This document shows, one piece after another, positions 50,812-64,000 of a DNA stretch of 64,000 nt. A model generated the notes under the pieces. The model was not told the origin of the DNA. It saw only the letters and a program-made list of their open reading frames with translations, and did no database searches. The DNA is from Vicugna vicugna (Eukaryota). The stretch lies in contig MU061544.1 of the NCBI GenBank assembly GCA_013265495.1, forward strand, positions 62,001 through 126,000, given 5' to 3'. Each line of letters opens with the position of its first letter. Within the stretch, counting starts at the first letter, position 1. The position numbers and the translations under genes were made by a program.

Positions 50812-52003
50812 TTCAACTCAAAATGGATTAAGGACCTAAAAGTAAGATCTGAAACCAGACAACTCCTACAGAGAACATTTTTAGTACATCCCTTTACATA
50901 AATTGTACCAGTTTTTTTTTTAATTTGTCTCCTAAGACAAAAGAAAAGCAAAAATAAACAAACTGGACCTAATTAAACTTAAAAGCTTTTGCACAGCAAA
51001 ACTGTTGACAAAATGAAGACAACCTTCTGAATAGCAGAAAATATTTGCAAATGATATGACTGATAAGGGGTTAATACCCAAATATATAAACAGCTCATCA
51101 AAAAAAAATGCCCAATCAAAATATGGGCATAAGACCTCAATAGACATTTTTCCAAAGATATGCAGATGGCCAAAAAGCACATGAATAGATGCTCAGTATC
51201 ACTAACCATCAGAGAAATACAAATCAAAACCACAATGAGATGTCACCTCACACCTGTCAGAATGGCTATCATTAAAAAGAGCACAAATAATGAATGTTGG
51301 CGAGTGTGTGGAGAAAAGGGAATCCCTGTACAACGCTGGGGGAATGTAAATTGGTACAGCCACTGTGGAAAATAGCACAGGGATTATTCAAACTAAAAAT
51401 AGAACTACCATATGATCTGTCAATTCCAAGCCTCCGTATACATCTAAAGAAAACGAAGACAATAATTCAAAAAGATAAATACACCCCAATGTTCACAGCA
51501 GCATTATCTATAATAGCCAAGATATGGAAGCAAGCTAAGTACCCATCAACACATGAATGGATAAAGAAGTGATACACACATACACAAAATGGTATATCAC
51601 TCACTCATTTAAAAAAAAAAATGAAACTATGCCATTTGCAAGAACATGGATGGTCCTGGAAGATATTATGCTTAGTGAAGTAAGTCAGACAGAGAAAGAC
51701 AAATACTGTTATCACTTACATGTGGAATCGAAAAAATAAAACAGACAAATGTACATAACAAAACAGAATTAGAATCAGGTATAGAGAACAAACTAATGGT
51801 TGCTTACCAGTGGAGGAAAGTGGGGAGGGGCAAGATAGGGGTTAGGGGATTAAGGGATATAAACTGCTAAATATAAAATAGATAAGCAACAAGGATATAT
51901 TGTACAGCACAGGAAATTATAGCCATTATTCTGTAGTAATGGTACACTATGTTGTACACCTGAAATATAATACTGTAAATCAACTATAACAAAAAAACAA
52001 AAA
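50812..52003 (+). mobile_element. L1 3' portion (ORF2 C-terminus plus 3'UTR)
   Basis: ORFs 51160..51739 are ORF2 tail pieces, followed by an A-rich tail. Confidence 0.92.
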
Positions 52004-52229
52004 GTTATATAGATATAGTTTTATTACAAGGTAATATAGTTTATTACTAATTTTGGTTGTTGAAAATCAAGATAGTCTCCAAAAGTCTAAAAGAGGAAAT
52101 AAAATCAGCCATAATCTAACTCCTGGATTATGTATACTATATATGCTGATATTTATACTTGGTATCTAAAGTTTGGGACATTTTGCTCCTTCTTTGTAAA
52201 TTTCCATAAATATTTACAATATAATTTTT

Positions 52230-52740
52230 TAGTACAAAAATCCAGTTTAATGGCTCAAGTTGTATCCATAAAAGATGCATCATAATTTATTTGGTGAATG
52301 TCTATATTTTTGCTATTAAAGTTGATTAACCATTGACTTCTTCTAATTAACCTCAGTGCCATCTCTTTGTAAACAACTGTATTTAGTATAAATCTCTACA
52401 AATAGAATTAGGCAAAAGGCATGCTATTCTTTAAGGATTTTGATGCTTGATGAAAAAAAAATCAACTCTCCAGAAATTTTTAATCATTGGTTTTTCCCAC
52501 AATGCAGGGCAGTGCCTGTTCCACAGCACCCTCACCGATTAATTAACTAATTAATAGTTTCAATTTGTTATTTGACAAAGGAATTTTTGGTATTTGATTA
52601 CTAGTATTTCATATGCTTGAATTTTTTCCTTTGTGAACTGTCAGCTAAAGTTCTTTTCCCAGTTCATTATTGAGTTTTTAATTTTCCTTTGTATTTATTT
52701 AAGACCAGATTGTAATTCTCAGTTACATTAACTAATTATG
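52230..52740 (-). mobile_element. Very old L1 remnant
   Basis: Degenerate antisense ORF2-tail motifs (agtgcctgttcc.cagcaccctcacc, tttgtgaactgtc). Confidence 0.5.
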
Positions 52741-53449
52741 TGCTCTTGGCAGTCTTTATGAGGTTTCCTATTCTGTAACCTAAGGATTGTAGAACCTAGT
52801 AGTATAAGGTTTAGTACAAATAATCAACTTGCTTTGCCAAGAAATATTCAATTTAACGCCTTTTGATGCCATATGTAAATATGACCCTTCAGAAAGTCTG
52901 TATTAATTTATAATCCCCCAAACCTTGGGGTTGATTGAATCATCATTTACATATAGCTAATTCAGGGACTTAGTCAATTAAGAATATAAGGGGAGTTTTG
53001 CAATATTTCAAATGATGCAACCATGGAAAAAGGCTATATATTGTGCAGTAAATGAGTACTGAACTGGTCATTGGGAATGTTAACCATGACTTAAGTTATT
53101 TTATATCTCTATTGATAAAATGAATGGTCTGGATTATGTAACTTCTAAGGTCCATTTGCATAAGTCAAATTCTATGCCTATATCTGCACATAAATTGAAA
53201 ACATTGTTTTTCTTTTCCAAGTGGTCTACATAATTTATGATGGATTTAATATAAATAGTTTACTTTGCATGTATACCTTTGGGTTGACAAATATGAAAAA
53301 AAATGGCATTTTAAAGACCCTTAAAAAAAAGGATGTTACTAGTTAATCTCCAAGTATTTAACTATCTATTACTCCCCTTCTGTTCTGTGCTTCGATACTG
53401 TAATGGTAGAGGTCACTGGGCCATGATCCACAAAGGGGGCAGGGGTCTA

Positions 53450-53585
53450 GATCAATGCTTCTCAGACTTTAATTCACTTACATGTCACCTAGTGATCTTG
53501 TTAAAAATGCAGATTCTGATCCCTAGGTCAGGTGAGACTTGAGATTCTGCACTTCTAAAAAGATCCCAGATGGTGTCCAGCTGCT
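53450..53585. mobile_element. MER5-like MITE
   Basis: gatcttgttaaaaatgcagattctgat..tgagattctgca.ttctaa. Confidence 0.75.
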
Positions 53586-54062
53586 TTTCTGAATAAAATC
53601 TGTAAAGTTCTAGGATACTTGGAACAAATAGAACTCTCTAACAGGGCTTTGCTTTTGGAGTCACCAGATTATCCACTAAAACTAAAGTCTTTAGAGATAT
53701 AAAATGGACTAATTCAACTTGATTATAATACAGCTTTTTAATGTAGACACCAATATTATGTTTGAAATGAAAGAGCGCTGTTATAGTTTTAAAAGGATTG
53801 CTAAATTGTTTTTGCCTGGGGGAAGCCCAGTCTCTAAATATCCCTGCCATCCTTCCCGACTGGGGAAGCCCAGCAGGTCAGCTTTTTGTGCCTACAGCGC
53901 TTGTGCCCTGCTTGCACTGCCCCCTTCCACTTAGCCTTAGAAAGAAGGCAGGACAAACAAGCCAACATTCTGTGCTGCGGCTAAGGTATCTCCTGGGACT
54001 CATGAAAACTGTGCAAGCCAGACTAGGAAAGAACAATTCGTATTCTGACAAGATGTCTCTGT

Positions 54063-54691
54063 TGTTAGAGAGGAAGAAATTTCCCTCTGCCCTTCTGGGT
54101 TCTTCTGGCTGGTCTAAAAATTCAGCTGACATGACACAGATTAACAGGAGAAAATCACACAAAAGTTTAATAACATGTAGACATAGGAGAGACCTGGGAA
54201 AAAACTGAGTCACTCCCCAAGTTGGCCAAAATCCTTATCTTAAATATCATCTTCAGCTCAAGACAAAAAAGGATGTTGGGGGTAGTGGTTTGGGATTTCA
54301 AAGGGGAGGAAGGCAATTCATATGAAGCTGGAAAGCAAATCTTTGGTAAACACGTTTGCTGTGCTATGCAGAAAAAATGAGACAGAGGAATTTTTAACAG
54401 ACAGGCTGCCAGGCTCCTCCCTGTCTACATATAGGGTTCATACTATAGTTGTCTATGGGGATGGCTCCCTTCCTGGAACAGGACCTCTGTCTACATTCTT
54501 TCTGGCAGTTATGGGGAGGGTCAAAGTTTCTTCCTGAGTCTTTTGGGCCTTAATTGTTTTTAGCTCGAAATAATCCATTCTTTAGGCAGCAAAGGGGGAG
54601 GAAAAAGAAAGACATCCTGAATCTTAGGGGCCTTAATTGTTTTCAACTAGCCAAAGGGACATTTTAGGTTGGCAAATTTTGTTCCTCTACA
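54063..54691 (-). mobile_element. ERV1 solo LTR (MER34/LTR39-like)
   Basis: Inverted termini tgttagagaggaa / ttcctctaca; acagattaacaggagaaaa and ccttaattgtttt motifs. Confidence 0.75.
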
Positions 54692-55113
54692 TGATCAATA
54701 ATTTTCTGCTGTCAGTTTGGGCCAACTCCTACATGGTATTTGGAAATTATAACCTTTAGTTCCTTCTTTAGCTGGGGAACATCTTGTTTCTTATCTACCA
54801 GGTCTTAGGTGGGCAGGAGGATGCCATTAAGTTCTATGAGTGGTTCTCAATATAATGGTTGTGTATTACTATGATCTTAGGAGCTTTTAGAAATACAAAT
54901 ACCTGGATCTCATCCCAGACCTAGGTGGTTCCTGGTCAGGCATTTTGAAATTGAATTTCTTTCCATGGTTCAAATACATAGTCGTGATTTCAAATCTCTA
55001 GGCTAGAAGGAAAAGAATCTACTCTATAGCTCCCCCTCTGGAACTAAAAAATAAGTATTAATCAGATTAACAAAAGTATAAAGAGGAAGAAAGGGAAAGT
55101 CTCAACTCACAAA

Positions 55114-55307
55114 TAGGATTACAGGATGTAGCAAATCAAAATACAAGACACTCAATTAAATTTAAATTTCAAATTAACAATGCATATGCTTAATGTAATT
55201 ATGTCCCATGAAATATTTGAGACTGACTTATACTACACAAGTATCCACTGTGAGATAACAATGGTTGAGATTTAACTGGGCCTCCTTTGGTTTACCTGGC
55301 AAGCCTA
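55114..55307. mobile_element. MER53 palindromic MITE
   Basis: taggatt..tagcaaat.aaaataca.gaca..ttaaattt ... tatgtccca ... ctggcaagccta. Confidence 0.75.
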
Positions 55308-57519
55308 CTTTACAAGGGTTGCTTTTGGTCGCCTGTGAAGAAAATGTAGCTAAGAAATACATAGAACAAGGTACACATCATTATAGATAATCAGAAGGAT
55401 AATTTATTACACTAGAGATTTAAAACCAATGCACTAAGGGGGAAAAAAAGGATTGTTTTCTTAAAGTTAGGATTTTGGCAATAGTTTGACAGTTAGTACT
55501 AATTTCAATGTAGTGAGTTTTCATATTTTCACATGTGTGGTTTGGTTTAATTTGGTTTGGTTTCTCCCGCTATGAGAGTTGCATCGGCATGTGATTGGGA
55601 GGAGTTGCAACATGGGCTGCTGGCCAGACAGCAAGTTCAAGTTGGAACCCTGCTTTGACCTGTAAACAGTAGTCCACATCTGCCTGGTCAGAGCATGGAT
55701 CTGTAAAATGTCCTCCCTAATTTCTCACTAATCACCTTCCGTGTCATTCTCTTCGGGCAGTGAGACCCTCTTTGAAGAGACATCAAATCACAGCATGGGA
55801 CTTGGATGACGCTGGGGCTCAGAACTCCTCTAACTTTGTTCCTGTCTACTTTTGCCTTTAGGGAGTCACAGGAAGCAAACTGTTTGACATGTGCGAGTGT
55901 GAGTGCTGGATGGAGAGGTAAGTGTATTATTCAGTAAGAAATACACGCATATTTGAGTGAACCAGTGATGAATTTTCACTGTTCTCTTCCTGATGGGAGT
56001 ACTAGTAATGTAGGACATGATGGGATATATAATAAGCATGTATTAATTACTAAAGACATAAATTACAGGGGTTTGTGATTTTTTTATTTTCTTCAAATAA
56101 CCTAAATGGATGTCTCAACTGCAAAAGACCAACAAATAAAAAATAAAATAAAAAACCCCAACTCCTCTCACTCAAGATGGCTGGGGAAGTTCCTGAATCC
56201 TACCACCTGGGACTCCTCCAGGGCCAAAGGTAAACTTGAGGCATCAGTGGCCCAAGAATTCAGAAGACATGATTGCTTCTGGTAAGGATTAAAAGTTGAT
56301 GTTTGTATCTGACCTTGAAAAATAGTACTGTTTTAGAGCTAGAAGGTTACAAACAGGATTTCATAAGCAGAGGGACCTAAAATTCAGAAAACTGAAGGTT
56401 GACAAAGGTACCAGTATGCCTCTGTTGGAAGGTTCATAGTGCAGTACCACCCTTACATCTGGGCAAGAAGACCTAAGACTCTGGCTAGGTCCCACTTGTC
56501 ATAGACATGCGATTGTATCACATCTGGGTGGCTCTTTTACGCAAGGTCTGATGCTGAGTGCTAGCAGAGAGTAACTTATACACCCTCAACACCTGCTCTC
56601 AAACTCTGTTCAGGCCCCAGGGAAACCCTTCCCCCCAGATCTTTTCCTAAAAAAAAAAAAGAAAAAAAATTACTGCATCCAAATGCCATGAAGGTTTAAG
56701 AGGTGAGCCACTGCCAATGTGAAAGATGCATACTGCTTCAGAGTTTGGGGAAGATTTGAGTGGCAGAAGCACTTAAGGAAGAGAAAAGACTAATTAATTA
56801 ACTTGTTAAATTCTTTCCCTCAGCATGAATGCAAATAGGTTCTGCCTGTTGAAATATAATCTCCAAGTACTAGATCAAAGTATCCATCTTTTGCTTTGTT
56901 GAATGTTCCAACTTATGCTTCCAGAAGGACAAATGAATTAGGGCGGGATTCTCCAAATTTGAATAATCATGTGTTGTGGTTAGTGGCTACTGTATCTGAC
57001 AGCACAACTTTCTATTCACTCAAATTATGAAAAAGATTTTATGCTATATTAAGCTGAAATAAAATCAAGAAAACTAAACTGTTAAGTAACTGTATAATAA
57101 CTCTAAGTCCAGAACTCCTCATCCCCATTACAAGAACACCCAGAAATGTATAAAATAATACTTAGTCATCCTTAATATTTCACTCATTTTAAGTCTTACA
57201 AAAACATAGCTTTGCACCTATTTTTCAATTTCATTGATATGAAAGCATATTAACATAGAAGCATAATATATTTTCTTTACTATATGGCTTGATTTACATC
57301 TTTTAGATATTTAGATACATGGCACATGGCCTTCCTTTTTCTAAATGATAATGGCTCAAAGTGGTGATGGCGTGTGTGTAAGTGTCAATTTTACAAAAAG
57401 AAAACCCCTCAAAGGAAGAATTTACACGTTGTCCCTTGGAACTACGTTACGAAACTTGCTCAGGTAGGGCTGGAGATAGTGGTGTTACGTGGGAAACAAG
57501 TGGAATTTTCCAAATCATA

Positions 57520-57730
57520 ACCTTGTGGTAAAGGCATGGCCTTTGCAGACAGTCCTTGAAGCAAATTCTAGCCTCACTTTTCAGCTCTCCGTGAAACTTT
57601 AAGCATTATCCCTCCATCTTTGAGCATGAGTTTTGTGATCTGTACTATCAGAGTAATAACACATGCCTCAGTGGATGACTAGCAGAGACGGTGTGGGTGC
57701 AAGTCCCAAGTATAATCCCAAGCGCTGTGC
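57520..57730 (+). mobile_element. MIR
   Basis: ggctttgcagacag..aaattctagcctc..tctttgagc..gtttt..atctgta core. Confidence 0.55.
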
Positions 57731-59059
57731 AAAGTGTAACCGGAAGAAATCATGATATATTTTCATGCTGATGATGACAGTTATTAATCATGACTATGTG
57801 GTTCATCTTCTGTTCAGGTTTCTAGTACTCATAAAAAACATCCACCTAATGGTTTTATTTTCTTTTGTTAAAAAAGCTCTTTTTGGGTCCGAAGTCTATC
57901 GTTTCTGTGGATTCCAAAACTAGGCAACCATGGCTAGAAACATGACAAATATGATAAATTGTTCCAAAAAGAAAAACAGAAAGATTGGCAAAGTTTGTCA
58001 TGCATTTATAAAGGTTATTGTTTCAAGAAAGCAGGGCAATCCCATCATTTCTACTCATACTCAGGTTGGGAAACTATTTGTCAGGGCCTAAATGCTTAGG
58101 ACTAAATGACTGGGCAGACAGAGAGAGATCACTGCCTATCAAAGGTTTCTAAATTAATAGACTATATTTAGTTTCCCACCTTTGAGAAGTTTCATTTCTC
58201 ATTAGAATCAGTAAATGAGAACATTCTTGTCTTCAATTTCCTATCGATCAAATTAAAGCCACAGAGTCAATATCATCAAACATGCTGGACTGAATAACCA
58301 AATACTGGGTTTTAAAGGCTGTGCTGTTGCAAGAAATGGCTTTTTTAGACTTCAGAGGACTTACTGATACATCGCCTTGTTGATTCACTGAGAAAACTAC
58401 ATTAGTATCCAGAATTATTATTAGTTATAAGACCTATTACAGTTACATCAAAGGCATGCTTTCTGAAAAGCTTTAAAAAGGCACCCTGACAAGCAGATTA
58501 GTCAATAAATCCATAAACACATATTTTTAATGCTGCATACATCATCAGAAACTACATTCATTTGCTTTTCTAGAACATGCTATTTTAGGCCTATCTGAAC
58601 ATTTTAATAACCAAAAAAGCTCACTAAATATCAACCCCTTTTAATCATTGTCAGCAGTTACAATAATACCAAAAAGCCACTAGCTATTGAACATCTATAC
58701 TATGTGTCAGATTATGTATTAAACACTTATCTGAAAAACAAAACACATCATTTAATGCCAGTAATAACTTTTTTCACCAAAAAGAACGAGACTTTAGTTT
58801 CAAGTATCTCAAGAGAACTGCACAACTAAAAGTAACTGAAACACACCCCAGCCCCTACTCCTCGTAACACCGCTCAACAGCCTCGTTCTGACCCCACCCA
58901 TCTCAGGAGAAGAAGTGAGTGTGGAAAACTACCACCTTCCCAGAAAATAAACTTCACCACCAAAACTACCAGGAAGGCCATCACTAGGGACTCTCACAAT
59001 CCTTATATACTCAGTAAGAAGAAACCCAAGACCTCTAATTTACTTCCCACTACCAGGAA

Positions 59060-60610
59060 CTCATTCCATGCATCCTGGGCATCCTCTAATTTTACACTGT
59101 TATCAACCCTCTCCAACATTCAACACCGTTCACTGTTTCCTGGAAAATCTCATCTTTACTGAATGTTCTTCCTCTTATGAGAAGGACATACTCCTCTAAG
59201 GATACTGCCCCCCATGTAGTCTTCAAGAGTTTGTTATCTTACCACTGTGCCTAGAAGTAGGGCCAGTGTCTGCCTTGTTTCTTACTGCCACTTCCAGGCA
59301 ATTGTACTGTTACTCCCTATCTCTGGAGACTATCTTTAAAGGTTAAGTACCACTGACATATCGCTTCCTATTATTCCCTCCTTAAGGCTGGCATTCATGC
59401 ATCTCAGCACCTCCCTCATCATTTAACACAGTTAGCAGCTGGCTCACTCTGTCTCTAAAACTACTCCTTTCATAATTCCTGGTGATCTTTATTTCCAAAT
59501 AAATGCCAGTGTACTCGGACTTCTCTCGTTAGTATGAATGAATTTTCTGTGGTCATGGTTAAGGCTAACGCTTCCTGAAATGCATAAAATCATCTTTTTT
59601 CCTGTGGTTTTCTTAACTCTATGTTATTCCTTTCTCCCACTCTATGAGATACTTCTAATTTCAACAGAATATGCAATAGCATCACCTAACTGCTATCTTT
59701 TACAACATGCATCCTTGAATAATTGACTATACTTGCTGCTTATACTTCCTTTCCTCCAATTCTTTCTTGCTTTTATGCCAAACAGGATTTGGGGTTGCTG
59801 TAACAAAAACTTACTTGAGAAGGTCACAAATGACCTCAATATTAGCATATTTATTGGCCAATTCTTAGTTCTTAAATTACTAGATTTACTAGGAGCATTG
59901 ACACTGTATTTGACATTCTTCTCATTGTTTTCACTTCACAGACACCTCTTACTCTGGGTTCTCCTCCTACCCTCTGCCTACTTCTTCCTTTACCAGTTCT
60001 CTTAACTTCCCATCCTCTAGTGATGGAGTGTCTTAGCGCTCGGTCTTTGGATTACTTCTGTCTCTGTGCTACGTAATCTCAAACAGGCTCAGGTTGGTAA
60101 CTCTCCAATTCATACATCCTCTGAACATCAGACTCATTTATTTAACTGCCCACTTGACATCTGGATTTGAATGTCTAAATAGGCACTTCAAACACGTTAG
60201 GTTAAAAACTGAACTCCCAATCTCCCCTACTCACTAAACCTTCTCTTCCCAGCCTTGTCATTTCTCTCAGAATAGAAACAAAACCCTTCCCCTGATCTAC
60301 AAAGTTCTATACAATCTGGTCCTCTGAGACTCCCCTGACATTATATTCTACTCAACTGCAGCCAATTGGCCTTCTTGCTAATAAGCCAAAGAAAGTCAGC
60401 CCCTGACATCCAGGCACTGGAGGGATGCTCACCACTTGGCCTCAATGCAGTTACAGGCTGTCCTGTGCCAACAGTTAGGCCTCAGTATTATAACTGGTGT
60501 GGGGAGCATAAGCCACTCCATGTTGTTCCCCTGATGATTTCAGTGGCACTGGAGAAAGTCTCCAAAATGTGGTCACACAGTAGACATGTGTAGAATAAAA
60601 AGATTAAATG
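59060..60610 (+). mobile_element. Long degraded L2
   Basis: aaggtcacaaatgacctc, aactgcccacttgacatct and aggcacttcaaac motifs. Confidence 0.7.
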
Positions 60611-62039
60611 AATTACTCTATTAAAAACAAAGTCAAACAATATGGATTTTTTTCATTCTAATTACATCATGGTTGTGCTATCTGGATTGTCCAGATTGGG
60701 ATAAGCAACATTAGGCCTGCCTAAGCATTTCTATTAAAAATCATTACCCACCTCATTTGGTTTGTTTCAACTTCTTCACACTGAATCCTTTAACATTTGC
60801 TCCTCTCTGATTATCTTACCTTCTCCAAGTACCTAGCTAACCACCCACTCGATTTTGTTTTTATGAGAATAAGGAAGTTTGATTTTGCTCTTCGGATGTT
60901 TCTTGCATGAGTTTGGGTCGTACTTGAACTCAGCATCTGTCTAAAAGAACTAGAGAGTTAAGTGTGGTTTGGATAAGTGGAGGTAATTTTTCTCGCAGTA
61001 TGTTTCCTTCATTCACCCAAGTTTAAACTGTTGGCTGCTATGAGTTTCCTAGTTGTAGCAGTAGCTCTTGATAAAGACTGAGTATAGGGCTGCCCTGTGA
61101 TTTTGTTGATATGGTGAGTTTAATTTTTCTTCCTCCCAGGCGTGTTGCATTAGCCTGGTCTCCTACGTGTTACATGTGACTTTCCAAACTTCTTATTTAG
61201 ACATATGTAGGAAAGCAATGAAAACTTTGACTACTATTTATTTATCCTTTGAGGGGATCCCTGGTAGGGAATACTCTAGGTGGAGCATAAGGAATCATGC
61301 TAATAAATGTTTTTGATTATGAATTGTCTCGAGTTTTTGTTTTTAATATATATGAAGATGTGCTAAAAATATAGTTTAACTCACGAGGCTAATTTATCTG
61401 CTTAAATATTAAACATTCACAAAATTACAGTAATAAATGTTAGTTAAATCACAGTTGAGTATTAAATATTCACATTATATCACAACTTAAATCTTACAAG
61501 GCCTGGGTATGAAGAAAGCAAATGCCTAATATCCAGTAACTAAGCTGCAATTATAATATTTGAAGGTAATTTTAAAACAATATTTAGATAATCTGTTTGC
61601 AGGATAAGTTATTTCAGTGGAGAAATATTTTTATTTAAGTTGTTTTTATTTAACTCATACTTTGTAAGGATATATCACCATTTTAAATACAGAATATTTG
61701 TAACATCACATTCAGGAAAAAAATATTTATTTGCTTGTATCTAATTGTGGCTACATTGTGGGTTTGTTATAGAACATATACTATGAAGTACAGAATTTTG
61801 TATTAGTGTTTATTAAAAAGGTGTACTGAAGAATACATATCGTGCACTTGGACTATCAATTAATGATACTGTAGCTAGGCTTTTCATCGCTGCTGGATTG
61901 TCTAAAATATCTTATAGAGTCCTCTTGAACTCTTGTGAATAGCTACTTTTGTTTTACTCCTAGAAGAGGGTGCATGATTCTTTAAAATTGTTTAAAGTAT
62001 CTCAATCTGATAAAGGACGCATATGAAATATTTACAACT

Positions 62040-63090
62040 ATATCTTAATCATGCTATATTGAACACTTTCTTACTAAACTCAGGAAAAGAACAAGACTCT
62101 TACCATTTTCATTAAACACTGAACTGCAAGTCACAACAAGTGCAGTAGGGCAAGAAAACGAAGTAACACAGCTGTAACATTTGTCAAACAATAAGCAAAA
62201 TTGTGTTTATTCACAAACAACCTCCTTGTCTACATATAATGTCCTAAGGAGTCTTAAAAATCCTATGAGGTTTAAAAAGTAGCTTTCGTCCTAATATGTA
62301 AGATACAAAATATATATAAACATAAATTTCTACATGAAAGAAAAACTTGGAAAATAAAAAGAACCATTTTATCTTAAATGACATAAAACGTAAGTACTGA
62401 GAATAAATTTAACAAAAGATATGCCACTCCTCTACACTAAGTTAAAAGCAAAGCTAAATAAATGGAATCTATATGAAGTTTAAATATTTGAACACTCAAT
62501 ATTGCTAATAAGTCCTTTTTCTCTACATTGATCTATGGATGCAGCACAATCCTAATGAGTATCTCAGTGGGCTCTACTGAACAGGAATGCTAAGGATCTA
62601 GCATAGCCAAAACAATTTTGAAAAGTCAAGTCAAAGTTGCCATAGTCATGTAAGATTTCAAGACTGATTATAAAGCTTCAGTAGTCAAGGCAGAGTGGTA
62701 TTTATCTGAGGTTATACAATTAGATCAAAAGAACAAAGTCCAGAAACAGACACACATATAGATGAACTGATTTTGACAAAAGTATCAACGCAATTCACTG
62801 GGGAAAGAAAAATCTCATCAACAAATAGTGATGCAACAACTGAAAATCCATCAGGGAAAATATGAGCCTCAACCTCTACTCACACACAAAAATGAATTCA
62901 AGATGAATCACAGACACAGCTAAAACTATAACGCTCCCAAAAAACAAGATCTTTCCAGCCTAGATAAAGGCAGCTATGGACAGACAATAAATGCACTAAA
63001 CAAAAAAGAAATAGAAACATTTGCAATACACAAATCTCAAAAAAACCTCGTATCCAGAGTATATTAAGTATATTTAACTCTTTCAACTCG
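62040..63090 (+). mobile_element. Old L1 ORF2 remnant
   Basis: gaataaatttaacaaaagat, agccaaaacaattttgaaaa and gtccagaaacagac motifs. Confidence 0.8.
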
Positions 63091-64000
63091 AAGAGTTTTC
63101 CTTACCTTAATCACTGCAGAAATATCCTGGAAATGAAGCTAATCTTCTAAGCCCATTTAGAAATAACTGAGAATAGATAGATACATCAAAGTAAAACATA
63201 CTTAAAAAAACCCCAAAAAACAATAAAGACAAAACCAAAAATAACACTTGGTCTTTGCAACAAAATACATTAACCAATGAGCATTTGTTATGAGCTACTA
63301 AGACATTCCTCTTACTTTCTTCCAAAGAACATTTGGGACAGGGGAAGTTTCAGTTCAATTAAAAAGTCATCCAGAACAACCCTCTTGTCACACACATTTT
63401 GTCTGGTCTCTTCACACTCACCTCCAATCTGGCTATTTACTTTTAAGTAGCAAATTTCCAGACTTGATACTGACTGGGTAGCACTTTGGGGAAAGATTCC
63501 TTAGGAGATAATACCAAAGTGTACTTAAGATAACTTTATCTAACATTTTACTCTAACTTCATCACACATTGACTCTCAAACACAGAATAACTAAATTTTA
63601 ATTATCAATATTTTCGATCCTCAACACATGATTGAAACAAGGGCCATGTTGCTCCGTAATGAAAATATTTCTAAGACCTTTTTAAAATTTACAAATTTCA
63701 AATATTAAATGATCTTTGGATGCCTACATTGAATATTCAGTGTCTTAGAACAGCTATTAACAAGGTGGCATTTAGCACATTTTCACATTACGTATAGTAA
63801 TAAAAGACTGGATATACTGAAAGGGAACAAGATTATAAATGTCATGCATCTGTTCATATTTCCATATCCTTAAATTTATGACTGAGTGTAAAGTGACTGA
63901 AGAAATGAAGGCGCTACAGTGTTTGTGAGCACTGTCAACTGCTTAAACAAACTTTCTACCAGAATAAAGCCCATCACCGAGGAGAAATTACTGGTAGTAG

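Noticed and set aside
53798..54213. Overlapping 136-aa and 111-aa ORFs
   Set aside because: They run across a unique/LTR boundary and show no protein-family features.
1..64000. CRISPR arrays, tRNA/rRNA genes or prokaryotic systems
   Set aside because: None seen; the sequence is mammalian and repeat-rich. Most ORF-track entries are L1, LTR or chance frames.

Overview
AT-rich mammalian genomic DNA, most likely camelid: it carries camelid-type and artiodactyl-type L1 3' ends, and I saw no ruminant BovB/Bov-A or pig PRE-1 SINEs. Much of the window is interspersed repeat: L1, L2, L4, MIR, MLT1/MLT2, ERV LTRs, an ERVL internal fragment, Tigger2, MER2, MER5, MER33, MER53 and MER58. I found no intact protein-coding gene. 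Two gene relics stand out. (1) On the minus strand from about 24.6 kb to 2.1 kb, seven non-repeat segments, mostly bounded by AG/GT splice signals, join in order into a decayed hAT transposase of the Buster/Charlie/SPIN type. This looks like a once-domesticated, intron-containing transposase gene that is now a pseudogene, and I do not recognise it as a named gene. (2) A processed RHOG pseudogene at 44.4-45.1 kb has target-site duplications (TSDs) and a large internal deletion. Several unusual L1 insertions and a few candidate regulatory or first-exon sites are also reported. All family names and alignments come from reading by eye against remembered consensus sequences. No search was run, and repeat boundaries are approximate.
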